Assembly: GCF_006345805.1 (NCBI RefSeq)
Contig: NC_042998.1
Coordinates: 171,244,001 to 171,308,000 of the forward strand
Reading direction: 5' to 3'
Length of the DNA: 64,000 bases
Origin: Octopus sinensis
Taxonomy: Eukaryota
Shown one piece after another: positions 25,290 to 37,439 of the stretch. Below the pieces are notes generated by a model. That model searched no databases, was not told the origin of the DNA, and saw only the letters and a list, made by a program, of their open reading frames with translations. The position numbers and the translations under genes are program-made. Position 1 is the first letter of the stretch. Every line of letters begins with the position of its first letter.

Positions 25290-25832
25290 GGATTGTTCAA
25301 TTTAGTTATATAAAAAAGTAAATAAAAATTAAGGAGGAGATAAGTAGTAAAAGAAGCAAAGGGACATTGGGTATTCCGTGGCATAGAGAGAGTCTCAAGA
25401 AAGTGTTTTTTGGTCGAAGCGCCAGACCGCACAGAAGAAACTTTAACTGAGCTGATATAAAGGTGGATTTTTACCTGTGTCTCACACAGCCAGCGATGGA
25501 TGGCAAGCATATAATAACATCGGTATCCTCAATGGATTATACACCAATAACATTTTGTTGATCCTTCATGATCAAGACGTTCACACAAAATGTGGAAAAT
25601 ATGTGAATGCCTGTGAAACGGAAGTTGAGACGAGATTTTGGGACGTCGGACGAATTGTTTGTTTCGTATCTGCAATGAGTTTCTCTGGCACAATTCCACT
25701 AAGAAGACATTTGTTCACTTTCTGGCGGCGATCGCCAGTCTTAATACTGTATAAAAAGTAAGCTGCTTCTTTTACTACATATCTCCCCTTAATTTTATTC
25801 ACTTTTTTATATAACTACACTGAACAATTCCC
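25290..25832 (+). mobile_element. Internally deleted Merlin (IS1016/ISXO2-like) element nested in the Ginger-like element
   Basis: ~70-bp inverted repeats starting GG (25290-25358 vs 25764-25832) enclose GHWVFRGIERVSRKCFLVE..DR, SDGWQAY, HTQNVENM, EFLW (frameshifted). No clear TSD. Confidence 0.85.
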
Positions 25833-26077
25833 GGATTAGAATACGTTTTTCCAATAGATATGTAGCAGATGGATATTATTTATAGTGGACTGAGTTGAGT
25901 TGACAGAATGTAACGATAAGAGATTGATTTGAAGAACAATATATATTTTATATACAAAGCGAAATTTATTTATACGCTTTAAATTGGTAACGAAATGTAT
26001 TTATATACATCAAAACATCACTGCAGTTTTTTCTTCTAATTTTGGAGCTTTTAAAATTTTTTACTTGCTGGTGGTTA

Positions 26078-26319
26078 CTCAATACATCGAATGAGGTTGG
26101 TAGCATTTGCTTTCTTTTCTAGTACTTTATTGCTATTTGAAAGTCGATATGTATTTTTGTCACAAACTTCTGCAGCAGTGTAACGACCTGTGCGGCGTTC
26201 CGCAAAATGTCCTCCCTTTTATCCTCTCTAATCAGATTTTTGAGCAGAACTTTATTTCTAATGCTAAACTGCTGTTGCTTGTGTTTCCCATTGTATTGTT
26301 CTTTTTGAACAGACTGAGC
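26078..26319 (-). pseudogene. Gypsy-type integrase / Ginger transposase C-terminal (GPY/F-module) relic
   Basis: Manual translation AQSVQKEQYNGKH..F..RNKVLLKN..RED(K)RGGHFAERRTGRYTAAEVCDKNTYRL, one frameshift. Confidence 0.75.
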
Positions 26320-27000
26320 TATTCTAATATACTAAAAGTAGCCATTCTGGATATGCTTCTTTCAAATTTCTTCATTTCTAAGTAACTAAGTGAAACTCCA
26401 ACTAAATGAAAGCTCTGAATTTCTCTTTCATTTACAAAGGTACATTACGCATGCACACACATAATAAACATCAACACATACATTGATGCAAACCTGTATT
26501 ATTAATTATACTTTTTGGTAATTATATTTGTAAGTTACGAAAGAAAAATGATGACGATGATGATAATAATAATAAACATAATATTTCTCCTATTTGCTAT
26601 CACGGTGACGAACATTTGGGGAAAGATTTTAGGCGGGGATAATCTGCAATCGTATGGTGTAACTTGAAATCGATTTCAAGTTACTCCCGGGGGTAATCTG
26701 AAAACGATTTCAAGTTGCCGGGGTGGATGGGGGTTATCTGAGTGGGAGGTAATCTGAAATCGCTATACTGGCTATGGAACATGAAGAAGGTGAAGATAGT
26801 GCCAATTATTGTTTGGTTCTTGGGAACAGTATCAGAAGGCACCAAGAGGAATTTAAAGGAAATTGGAATAGTGTGCTCAGTAGACCTTGGTATGGTCAGA
26901 ATAATCAGGAAAGTATTAGATAGCCGAAAAGAATGGAAAGCATGGTACCGTAGGCTGCAAGCAGTAAGCCCGCCACCCATGCAAGACTCCCTAACAATAC

Positions 27001-28080
27001 ATAGACCTCATTATCCACGCACAGACACTGTTTGCCTATACATGAAAAGAGCAAATGGAGGAAGAGGACTGGTAAGAGTGGAAGACTGCGTACGTATCGA
27101 ACTCGGGAGCTTAATGAGGTACCTATCCCAAAGTAAGGAAACCTTGCTAGTGTCAGTTAGGAATGAGGAAATAGTGAAAGCAGACAAAAAGGGGAAACAA
27201 AGGAAGAAGTGCAAAAAGGACATGAAGAAGCATTATGCAACAAGGGACTATACAATCAGCTCTATGCAGCCAGAGCTTAAGTTGCTGGAAAACATAGGTG
27301 TGATTGACTGAAGAAATGAACACTGGAAAAAGTAACTGAGAGCACTATACTGGCAGTGCAAGACCAAACTTTGACTACGAATTGGAAGGTCAACCTCAGG
27401 AATGAGCAAGTGTATCCGCTGTGCTGCATCTGTAACAGAGTGGTTGAAACCATTGCTCATATTGCGAACGAATGCAAAACCGCTACAAGCTGTGGCGGTA
27501 CAATGAGGCAGCAGAAGTGCTACATTGGAAGCAGTGCGAAAAGTGGGGGCCAGAGAGAAGTAAGACGTGGTATGAGAACATACCGCAAAGTGTGGCTAAG
27601 TCGTAGACTTGCAAAATCCTCTAGGGTTTCCCAATCCAAACAGATTAGCTGCTAGAGCATAACAGACCGGACCTGGTGGTGGTGGACAAGAGGCACACAT
27701 GCTATATAGTTGATGTTGCGTGCTCCTTTGACCCACGAATAGTCAAGAAGGAAGGCGAAAAAAATAGGTAAATAAAATCCTCTTAAGTACGAAATAGCGC
27801 AGCTATGGAAAATGAAGAAGGAGAAGATAATGTCAATTATTGTTTGATCCTTGGGGACAGTACCAGAAGGAATCAAGCAGAATATAAAGGAAGTGCCCAG
27901 TAGAACTGTTACAAAAGGTTTGCTTCCTTGACACGGCCAGAATAATCAGGAAAGTATTAGATAGTTGGAAAGAACAGATAGCATGGTACCATAGGCTGCA
28001 GGTAACAATTCCACTACACATGTAAGACTCAGGAGTTACAGCAAAATCTGTGATAAAAAGAATAATAATAATTACAACAC
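27001..28080 (+). mobile_element. Older R4/Dong-like family, 5'-truncated copy B, directly behind copy A
   Basis: HYPRTDTVCLYMKRANGGRGL; QDQTLTT; CCIC..VETIAHIANEC; NRPDLVVVD; KYEIAQLW; ends in AAT repeats. Confidence 0.85.
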
Positions 28081-28084
28081 TCAC

Positions 28085-28215
28085 TCTTTGGAAGTGGTAG
28101 AATACTTAGAAAAGTGCTTGACAATTGAAGGTGCCACCTCAGTCTGTTGGTTGTTGTCAGCAGGCACCCATATTACACCACCAGCAACGAATACTGTGCG
28201 ACAAGCGGAATAATG
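28085..28215 (+). mobile_element. Short 3' end of another RLE-LINE
   Basis: LGSGRILRKVLDN* resembles the C-termini of the neighbouring copies, followed by a short UTR and AAT tail. Confidence 0.5.
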
Positions 28216-29149
28216 ATAATAATTGTTTCTAATTTAGACATATGGCCTATAACTTTTAGTGGTGAGTGTAGTCGTTTATATAGACAACAGTAATTCATTG
28301 ATACTTTATTCTATCGGAAGGATGAAAAGGCAAAGTTGAGCTCGGTGGGATTTCAACTTAGGCATTTAATGATATTCATAATCAATATCGCTAAATACCC
28401 TCTATTTCTCTAATTTTTTTTTTCATACTCTTACTCTTGTTGACTAAATTAGAATATGCTTTTCTGAGAAGATCTAAAAAGTGCGTAGCTTGTATTTTGG
28501 CTTCACTAAATCAGATCCATTTGAACAAGTATCATGTTTTTTGTTAACAAATTTCCATCGAATGATTTTAATCGAGTTTTTTCTTTCTCGCTTGTCAATG
28601 CATGTCGACATTGAAAGCAAATTGAATCAATTCAAGTTTGCAGTCTTTCCCTTGGCTAATCGTTAGTGTCGTGGAGGAGTACTTCCATGAATTAGCAACT
28701 GCTAATTTTCGTAAAAGAAATCTTGCTCAGGTCTGCGCATGCATAGTCAACGATGACCGACGGAGGTCCTCTAAAACACTGCATTTAAGAAGCCTACCAT
28801 ATTCAAGTTGTATGTGATTATGTATATTGAGTTGGGAAGTGTTGGTTGCTCGAAGGTATTCTGACTGTTTTGTTCAGAACTTGTTAAGTGTGTCTAGTCT
28901 ATGATGTTTTTGCAAGCAATTTACTGGAGTTAATATGTAGATTATTGTACGAATATAATAGAAAGGTAGTTTATATACCAGTTTTATTTTGTAGCATAAA
29001 GTAGTATAACTATATAATATTTTTGTACAAAGTAATATTTTGCTATATAACTAACGGTTACAGTGGTATCAATACTTTTATGATACAAAGGAATTTAATT
29101 TGCATCACAGACAGCAACTTATTTTAATATCCTACTATTTCCATATTAA

Positions 29150-29670
29150 CCCATTGCTTGCCATGAGCTCCATTTGTGGAACTGCTAAAATCAGTCTCAC
29201 TACCGGTTGTTCGTTGTATTTAAAGTGAATTGCTTATTTACATTGCATTTGCAGTGGTGTGTTTAACAATATTTAGTAGTTAAATTTGTCATTATTAGCT
29301 CTGGCTACTTGTGGAGGACATTTTATGTCATAAATCGCAATTTTTGAACTACAAAAATATTGACTGTTTTGGAAAGGTTTTTTTTTTGCATTTCTTATCT
29401 ATATCATTCATTGATATTTCATACAAATTCGCATTTGATACTACAGTTTAAGAAAAAAAAACTAAAATTTTTATTATTGAAACTGAATAGAAAAGGGTAA
29501 AAAGGGTAAGCATTTTTCAGCTAACCCTATTTGGGACTTTTCGAAAAATTTATCATAATTTCCAAAATAATTTACACATGATGAAATTTTAAATGCTATA
29601 TATTATGTTAACTCCAAAGATTCCTGGCAAAGCCAAAAAGTATGAAAAATATAATTTGGCCGTTAATGGG
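29150..29670. mobile_element. piggyBac-type MITE (521 bp)
   Basis: TTAA|CCCATT ... AATGGG|TTAA; 13-bp imperfect TIR (9/13 match). Confidence 0.65.
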
Positions 29671-30069
29671 TTAAGTGTATTTCCTTTCCTTTTCGTTGGA
29701 ATTTAGTCTGCTTTGGTACCGAATGTACTTAATCGATAGAATTTTACTATTCAAGTTATGGCTGTCTGTAGCTGCCAACTTGTTCGTATTTTACGTATGA
29801 AATTCTTGTTCCGGCAGTAAGAGAGTTGGCATCTAAAATTTGTGAAAAAGTTGGGAAGTAAGCTTCTAGTGGACTGACACAAACAATCGAGTTTCGATTC
29901 TGATGTGAGCAACTTATATTTAATAGGCACTTTATAATTATGAACCCAGTCGTTATTAGTATCATTAAGTCTGTTGCACTCCATCAAACTAACTTGCTTC
30001 AGGAACATGGAGACTAAGATTAAATTAGTGACTTAATGACACTTGAATTATTTTCGAGGAATTATTATT

Positions 30070-30302
30070 TGTTTCTTTATAACCCACAAGGCGCTAAACA
30101 TAGAGGGGACAAACAAGAACAGACAAACGGATAAAGTCGATTACATCGACCCCAGTGCGTAACTGGTACTAAATTTATCGACCCCGAAAGGATGAAAGGC
30201 AAAGTCGACCTCGGCGGAATTTGAACTCAGAACGTACCGGCAGACGAAATACGGCTGCGCATTTCGCCCGGCGTGCTAACGTTTCAGCCAGCTCGCTGCC
30301 TT
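30070..30302 (-). mobile_element. SINE family 3, full length
   Basis: Reverse complement of the 52383-52612 type. Confidence 0.88.
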
Positions 30303-31597
30303 GCCAGCTCGCTTGTCGTATAAAGTAGACGATATGAAGCGCATAGTGGTATAGAACTGATGTAACTTATCAACTTATACTGAAGTATGAATTCTGATTG
30401 TTCCAGTTTACTTTATGTTTGAATTACGTACTGATGCTCTTATTTACGATTACTTAAATACCATGCTTTAAATATCAGGCTTGCAACATCATGTTTATTT
30501 AACATTCAACTGCTCATACACAAAAATGGGAAAATAAAGAAAAATGAGAATATTACATTGACATTTTGGATAGCAGAAACAATTATGCCTTGAAAAAAAT
30601 ATAGCCTTGCGAACTAATTTTGGTGTTAAGACCCGTAAAGTCTTCAACTGAAAAACTGCGATATCAGATTGCATACAATGTAAAATTATCCGGTATTTTA
30701 AGAAACGATAATCTGAATAATGGCAAATCTCCTCTATTGAAATATGGCGGTTGTTACCTCTTTTTCGTGAAAGCTAATAATTTACACATGACATTCGTGT
30801 TAACTAATTTACATTTTAATCATATGAATGATTTTTTTTTTCGCAATTAACACATCGAATTATAAATTAGATAGCAGAGAAATCAACATCTTAGTTATCA
30901 GACAACACGCATAGTTCTTAGTGATTTAAACGGCAAGAGAATACCAGGTAATCCATTTTCATTGCCTGTTTATCAAATAATTAAACGATTTATTAATTTA
31001 TTTGAAAACTCTTCGCTTTGAATAGTTAAAAAGACTTTAGAGTAATAATTTTGAAAGAATACAAGTGTGATGTGAAAAAGAGTATTTAATAAAGATTGGT
31101 TAATTAGCTGGAGTCCCAGCTTAATATAACTTTTCCAGTTTTCCTGTGAGCATTTAATTTACTAACACTAGTTGTCGTTGGAACATTTTGTTCTTTGCTT
31201 CAAAGGTTCTTGCATAGAAAAATAAAAAGGTTCTTGCATCTGAAAAAAAAAAAAAGAAAACGAAAACAAAACAAAAATGATAAATTTTAAAAATCCATCA
31301 TCACAACGAACCTTCGAACCATGAACTGGAATTCATAATCTACCAAGAAGGAAAATGATTGATTGATATTGTAAATCATTTGTCCACTGCAAGCTACTGG
31401 GGAGAGGTGGGTGCTTTCTACACCACGGAAATTCGAGATCAAACAACTATCACCCACACAACGGTTTTACCGTCGTGAAACCAGGATTTTCTACACATGA
31501 TCAACTTTGGTATTAGTCTGGAATCCGATAGCAATGATAGCACAGAATTCGGTTTGAGTGCTTCTCTGGAAATACTCTACCTTTTACCCTAACCGGA

Positions 31598-31641
<44 letters not shown>

Positions 31642-32447
31642 TATTCAGCAGAAGTAGCAGAGTGACACATGGTCCGTGAGTTTCGTGCGTTGGGCACTTA
31701 TCACACTATACACATACACACAAACACGTGCGCGCACACACACACTCAATACATTTGCGAGTTTTACCACATCGAACGAACTATATTTTGGAATGTTTTA
31801 CTGTACACCTGTCTATGAATGTTGACTTATACATGTGACAAATCCATTTATCTTCCCATATTCATCTATTATATTCTTGCAGTAGTTGGTTGTCTTTTCA
31901 TAGAAATCTTCTCCAGGCAATCGATTTCAATGAATGTCTCGGCTCTTATTGATGACTGATAGAAGCCCTATTTTTTTAATCAGTAGTTATATTTATTGTA
32001 TGATATTACCTCTTACTTACTTTATATCATTTTCATCTGAGCATGTTTTTCTTTTTTAAATTTTCGTATTTATTATGTGACTCGTCAGTCACTGTATCAT
32101 TTTCATTCTGACATTTTCCTTATTTGCTTTCCAAGTAGAAAATACTGGTAGCAATTATAAAACAAAAGTTGTTGGCTGAAAGTACCCCCCCCCCACATCG
32201 TAGTATACTCGTTCCATAAAAAAATGGCGTCAATTTAAAAGAAATAGTCAGAAACTGATGTTAAATAAATGTATCAAATTTACATATTAATATTTTAATT
32301 ATATTTGATATAAACTTAGTGCAATACATCATATATTGCCAAACAAAGTCCGGATCAAAGTTCTTTTCTCAATAAATCAGTGTAATTTGCATTCCATGTG
32401 CATATAATCTAAATACCATTATGACATTCTTTCTGTCTGTCTGTCTC

Positions 32448-32507
<60 letters not shown>

Positions 32508-32773
32508 CAAATTCACTGCAGTTATCGCGGAGAAAATTTTCTCTTATGGTAAATAGGTGTAAAAGCACCATATCTGTCCAGTGTCGCCATCTGTCAGACA
32601 TCGATGTTTCTAGCTCCTTAGCCGTTAGGGAAATATCTAAGAGAGGCAACTCTGGACAGACCTTATTGAAGCTATAGCTTTAACTAAAATACTGTCAACA
32701 ACAGTGGCTGATTTGCGCCATTAGACCGCCAAGTCGAAGAAATTACCGTAATATTAGCGCCAAGCAGTGTTTA

Positions 32774-32810
<37 letters not shown>

Positions 32811-32815
<5 letters not shown>

Positions 32816-33230
32816 TATAAGAAGGGATGACCACTAAGTGGACATCCAATATGTTAGAAATAGATCACCTACGATCTAACCACAAAAGAAAAGAATGTTC
32901 TCTAGAAAAATTCAGCAAACACCAGAACATAAGTGGGTAAGACAAATGAAAATATACAAAATAAAGAATTTATCGTAGACTAGTTTCGCTATTAAATGTT
33001 CTGGTGTTTGCTGAATTTTTCTAGAGAACATTCTTTTCCTTTGTGGTTAGATCGTAGGTGGTCTATTTCTAGCATATTGGATGTCCACTTAGTGATCATC
33101 CCTTCTTATACGCATGTAATACAATTTTTCTGAATTTTCAGATTTTTCTATATGCTAGGCCACTGGTTTTAAATTGATGTTAATTAAATTAATATTCAAT
33201 TTATCACCCTCATTATTGAAATTATATATA
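32811..33230. mobile_element. Fold-back element: 120-bp inverted arms plus conserved right flank; relative at 42392-42700
   Basis: 32811-32930 vs 32996-33115 with 4 mismatches. Flank GCTAGGCCACTGGTTTT shared with the 42.6-kb copy. Confidence 0.75.
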
Positions 33231-33417
33231 TACGTAGGTTAGGCCAAGACGAATTGTAATGGGTAACGTCTGGGAGAAATTTTGAAAGGATATAGAATAA
33301 ATAGAAGAGAAGGAAATAGTGAAAAGAGAAAAAAATGTTGAGAAGCGAGAGAAATGACGTCCAGACCGTTGGGCTGACTACTTGGTAAAATTATTAATTA
33401 TTAAAATTAATTGATTT

Positions 33418-33493
<76 letters not shown>

Positions 33494-33544
33494 TGTGTGT
33501 GTGTGTGTGTGTGTGTGTGTATTGTGTATATATGTTTGTGTACG

Positions 33545-33689
33545 TGTTTGTCCCCCCACCATCACTTGACAACCGATGGTGGTGTGATTACGTTCCCATG
33601 ACCGATAAAATAAATCCTGGGGGCGATTTATTCGACTAAAGGCAGTGCTCCAGCATGGCCACAGTCCTATAATTGAAACAAATAAAAGA

Positions 33690-33690
<1 letters not shown>
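33545..33690 (+). mobile_element. SINE family 2, 3' fragment
   Basis: Homologous to 17500-17690. Confidence 0.7.
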
Positions 33691-33756
<66 letters not shown>

Positions 33757-33758
<2 letters not shown>

Positions 33759-34010
33759 TAATTAGAGACAAAACCACTATTAGGCAAATCAAACAATGAA
33801 AAACTTAAGCCAATACATAAGATTATTTAATTTATATTATTTAAATATATACAAAATTATTAAAAAAATATAATTAATATCACACTACGATCGTTTCATG
33901 CCTGCTAACTTCTTCAAATTTTTGAGTCGCAGTCATTCATCAGGTGGTTAAATATTTATCTTGGCGAGGTTTAAACAATGAAGTTTGGATTTATTCCCTA
34001 ATATTTATTA
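33757..34010 (-). mobile_element. Solo Penelope-like pseudo-LTR between (TA)n tracts
   Basis: Contains a hammerhead motif followed by a T-rich tail. TA microsatellite on both sides. Confidence 0.6.
33876..33956 (-). ncRNA. Type I hammerhead ribozyme motif (PLE-type, palindromic helix III)
   Basis: CAC-CUGAUGA-AUGACUGC...GCAGGCAU-GAAA-CGAUCG-UA-GUG: intact core, helix II 7/8 pairs, helix III ACGAUCGU, GUA cleavage triplet, helix I CAC/GUG plus AAUAU/AUAUU beyond an internal loop. Confidence 0.72.
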
Positions 34011-34261
34011 TTAATATATATATATATATATATATGTGTGTGTATATATATGTATATATATATATAAATATGTGCACATATATAATCGACTGATGAGGAA
34101 ATCTGCTGCAAATGGTCCGTCTGTTATGTTATCGTCTATTTTTCAGTATGTTGTGTTTTGTTCGATTCCGCTTGTCATCTTCCTTTTGCCTTACCTTTGA
34201 TTTATATGTGTATATATATATATATATATATAATATATATATATATGTGTGTGTGTGTGTG

Positions 34262-34297
<36 letters not shown>

Positions 34298-34384
34298 ATG
34301 TATGTATGTATGTATGCAAAAGTGTTTTTTGCATCTTTGCATCTCAGCAGCGTGTGCGTGCGTGTTTATATGTAGTACTTCCCG

Positions 34385-35200
34385 AATTCAGAGGAAGGAG
34401 CAATGTCACTAGTGTTGCTCTTGAACCACTGTAAGTCTATGTATGCAGGAATGAGTCGCAGGAAAAGAATTTCTTGGATGTTGAGGTCCTGGAAAGTAAC
34501 GATTGGATGCAGTGATCATTGCTAATTTTTTATGTGAGTTTAACAAGTGTGATGAAAGGAAGAGAGGTGAGTAAGACATGAATGCCTGAACGGAGGTGAT
34601 AAGATCTCAGCTAGTACCGAGGAGCAGATGTCATTATAGTTGCAATGGAAAAGTTAGAGAGATAAGGCAGTAGTGGTCAAGAATGTGTCTGGGAATGACT
34701 TCATGCCAATAAGCCGAGTGGCCCTTTAATGAATGCGGTCCGTGATACCTGTGTATACAACAGCAGCACTGCCCACATTTGAGTGCAATACACCTTTATG
34801 ACAATCATTTGAGCTTTGTAGAGTCTTAATTGTTAGGCGATGAAGTATCTTCTTTCTGGCTCTGAAGAGAAGAGCCACTCGTTGGAATGTTATTCTATTT
34901 ATGTCAAGGATGTACTTTCGCTTGAAATGATTACCGATGATAGTGAGACTCGACAACAGTAGCGATAAGTGCTCTAGTTGAGTACAATTTATGAATAAGT
35001 GTGAAACTAAGGTGCAATAATATTTTCTTCGCATGAATACAGGTCAGTGAAGTTTCTGAAATACCTTTATTCGATTCTATGTTAGAGTTAGAGTTAACAG
35101 TAGTAAGAGCTTGATATATCTGCAATCCCATAATCATGGTTTCTACTTTAATTTTGTCATAAATAGTCAATCTATTCACTTCTTTTTTCCATATCGTTTT
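34385..35200 (-). mobile_element. Degraded CR1/Jockey-group LINE 3' fragment
   Basis: Degenerate LYKAQ..YC..MW, RATRLIG, YFPRTS and LQWFKSN C-terminal motifs across stops and frameshifts. Confidence 0.6.
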
Positions 35201-35878
35201 CAGTTATGTCAAGTATTTAATTTCTAATAAACTAATTAGATCTAATTCCTTAACAAACGTTTCTGCGCTTGTTTTAGAAAGGCTACTGTTATATCAATTC
35301 TGGAACCCCGAAGACATTTTTAGCATTTTGTAATGAATCAGAAACAGAAATTTGCTTTGAAATTACATTTGCATCAAATTGGCTTTAAATATAATTAAGT
35401 TCAGATAGAATTTTTGGAAAAACCTATCGTCGATAATAAGTCGTTAAATCTCCTGAAGCAACAATGTTGTGTTTCAAAGAAAAAAATCACTTTGATGTTC
35501 CTCAACGTAAAATTGTTCCCGAGTGCTTTATTAGCAAAACAACTTTTCAGTTTAATTCCAAATCCCTCTACAGCAACCAGTTATTAAAAATAGCTGTAGA
35601 CGTTCACACATTTGCATTAACGAACACCAATACATGCGACACGTTTGAAACATCGAGAATGTTTACTTTGTCCAATCAATAACTCACATTCCTGTCATTT
35701 CATATTAGCACAAAGAGAACTGTCATTTGGTATTTTTAAAAAAAAAACATGCTCCAGTATTACACGAAAATAAAACTGTTTCGTGAGCGTTGTAAATAAA
35801 ATGTAGAGAATATTCATCAAATTATTTTAGCTATTTTGTCTCAGCTCACACTTTTGCTAATAATAATAATAATAATAA

Positions 35879-35911
<33 letters not shown>

Positions 35912-35931
35912 TATAATAATAATAATAATAA

Positions 35932-36882
35932 GATGAAGATGAAGAAACAACAAAAGCTATAAAAAAAATGAAATCCAAACTAAAAATAGAACAGCAACGA
36001 ACCATGATAAAACGATGGCAAGAAAAGCCCCTTCATGGTAAATACTGGACTAAACTAAACGCAAAAGAAATAGACAAAGAAAAATCCCAGCAATGGTTGA
36101 GAAGCTCAGGACTCAAAGCAGAAACAGAGGGATTTTTAATTGCAGCACAAGACCAAAGCCTCCCCACCAGAAATTACCAAAAACATGTAATGAAAAGAAA
36201 TATTACAAGTAACTGCAGAATATGTGGAGATGGACAAGAAACAATAAATCATATTATCTCTAGCTGCCCAGTCCTGGCTAAGAAGGAATATATTCACAGA
36301 CATGACAGAGTTGGAACTTACATACATTGGAAGCTATGCCAACATTATGGAATAACAACAGAAAAAAGATGGTATAGGCACACACCAAAAAAGGTCACAG
36401 AAAACGAGAAAGCAACCATACTCTGGGATATGCCGATACACACAGATAGAGAAATTAAGGCCAACAGACCAGATATAGTTGTCAGAGACCATGAAGAAAA
36501 AAAATGCTTTCTAATTGATGTATCAGTACCGGCAGATGACAACGTGTCTCTAAAAGAAATGGAGAAACTCTCAAAATACAAAGACCTGGAAATAGAGGTA
36601 ACTAGAATGTGGAATCTGAAAACAGAAACAATTCCTATCATAGTAGGTGCATTAGGCATGATAAAAAATATTCAGACAAATACATAACAAAAACACCAGG
36701 ACTTACAAACACATATAACATACAGAAAATTGCACTACTAGGCACTGCACACATCCTACGCAGAACACTTTCCATACAATAACCATCAGAGCATCACAAC
36801 AAATCACAGCACATACCCAAGGCACACAGAGCTGCGCTCGGTAGTGAAGTGAAAGCACGCTATAAAAATAAAAATAAAACTA

Positions 36883-36885
<3 letters not shown>
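35932..36885 (+). mobile_element. 5'-truncated young Dong copy (CCHC + RLE region)
   Basis: 239-aa ORF 35968-36687, near-identical to 22640-23581. (TAA)n at 35858-35931 and 36886-36923. Confidence 0.95.
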
Positions 36886-36923
<38 letters not shown>

Positions 36924-36925
<2 letters not shown>

Positions 36926-37435
36926 CCCTGATGCAGTACCGGGCATTGGGTCTCGTGGTTTCTGATCTTAACTGATTGGAAGTGTTATCATGTACATTGT
37001 TTTGTCTTGGTATAAAAGATGGAGTACAGCAAATATTCTGCTTAATACCACAAATTTGCTTGTCACTTCTTTGAACATAACCTGTTGAGCATGTCCCTTA
37101 GTGGCTGACGATATGTGCATCTCTGATCACGAGCAGAAATAGTGGGGGAGCATCATAGCTATGTGTTGAGAGGGATTTTTTGGGGTTTGAATAATTGACC
37201 TCTGGAAACATGGGTGTTTCGTTCAAAATCCTTAAACAACCCTTTTTCAGGGACCTTTTGAGCGGGATGGGTTACTCGACCAGAAGAAAATTCTAACTGG
37301 GCCCCACCTGCAAGGTCATGCGCTGTTTATCTTTATATGAGATCACCATGTCGTGCACATATGGTTGTGATGCATGTGCTTGGTGTACCCTTATCAGACG
37401 GGTTGACATTGGAACTCGACGCAGGCCTGTGGTTC
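36924..37435 (-). repeat. Unclassified interspersed repeat, probably a retroelement 3' end whose (TTA)n tail hosts the Dong copy
   Basis: Mixed-composition block ending exactly at the TAA tract. Recalled as a common octopus repeat; not verifiable here. Confidence 0.35.
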
Positions 37436-37439
37436 GCCG

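Larger units (their letters stand above)
24913..26767 (-). mobile_element. Ginger1-like (Gypsy-integrase-related) DNA transposon relic
   Basis: TSD CCGG (24909-24912) / CTGG (26768-26771); termini TGTA.../...TATA with degenerate TIRs; minus-strand integrase C-terminal relic at 26078-26319. Confidence 0.75.
24570..27000 (+). mobile_element. Older R4/Dong-like family, 5'-truncated copy A, split by the insertion at 24913-26767
   Basis: YKLWRHD...NRPGLVVVD...IVDVACRFD...PLKYEIAR before the insert and LWNMKKVKIVPIIV..LGTV after it. The frame rejoins as EIAR|LW. Confidence 0.8.

Noticed and set aside
25581-25802. Minus-strand 73-aa ORF as part of a nuclease
   Set aside because: It is the antisense of the Merlin transposase relic and its inverted repeat.
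31380-31600. Higher-complexity stretch as a possible host exon
   Set aside because: All frames are short or unrecognisable and there are no convincing splice signals.
34086-34125. CTGATGA as a hammerhead (also 4096, 4128, 53395 minus, 49541 and 62728 CTGAAGA)
   Set aside because: No intact GAAA, helix II or helix I can be formed; at best decayed pLTR remnants.
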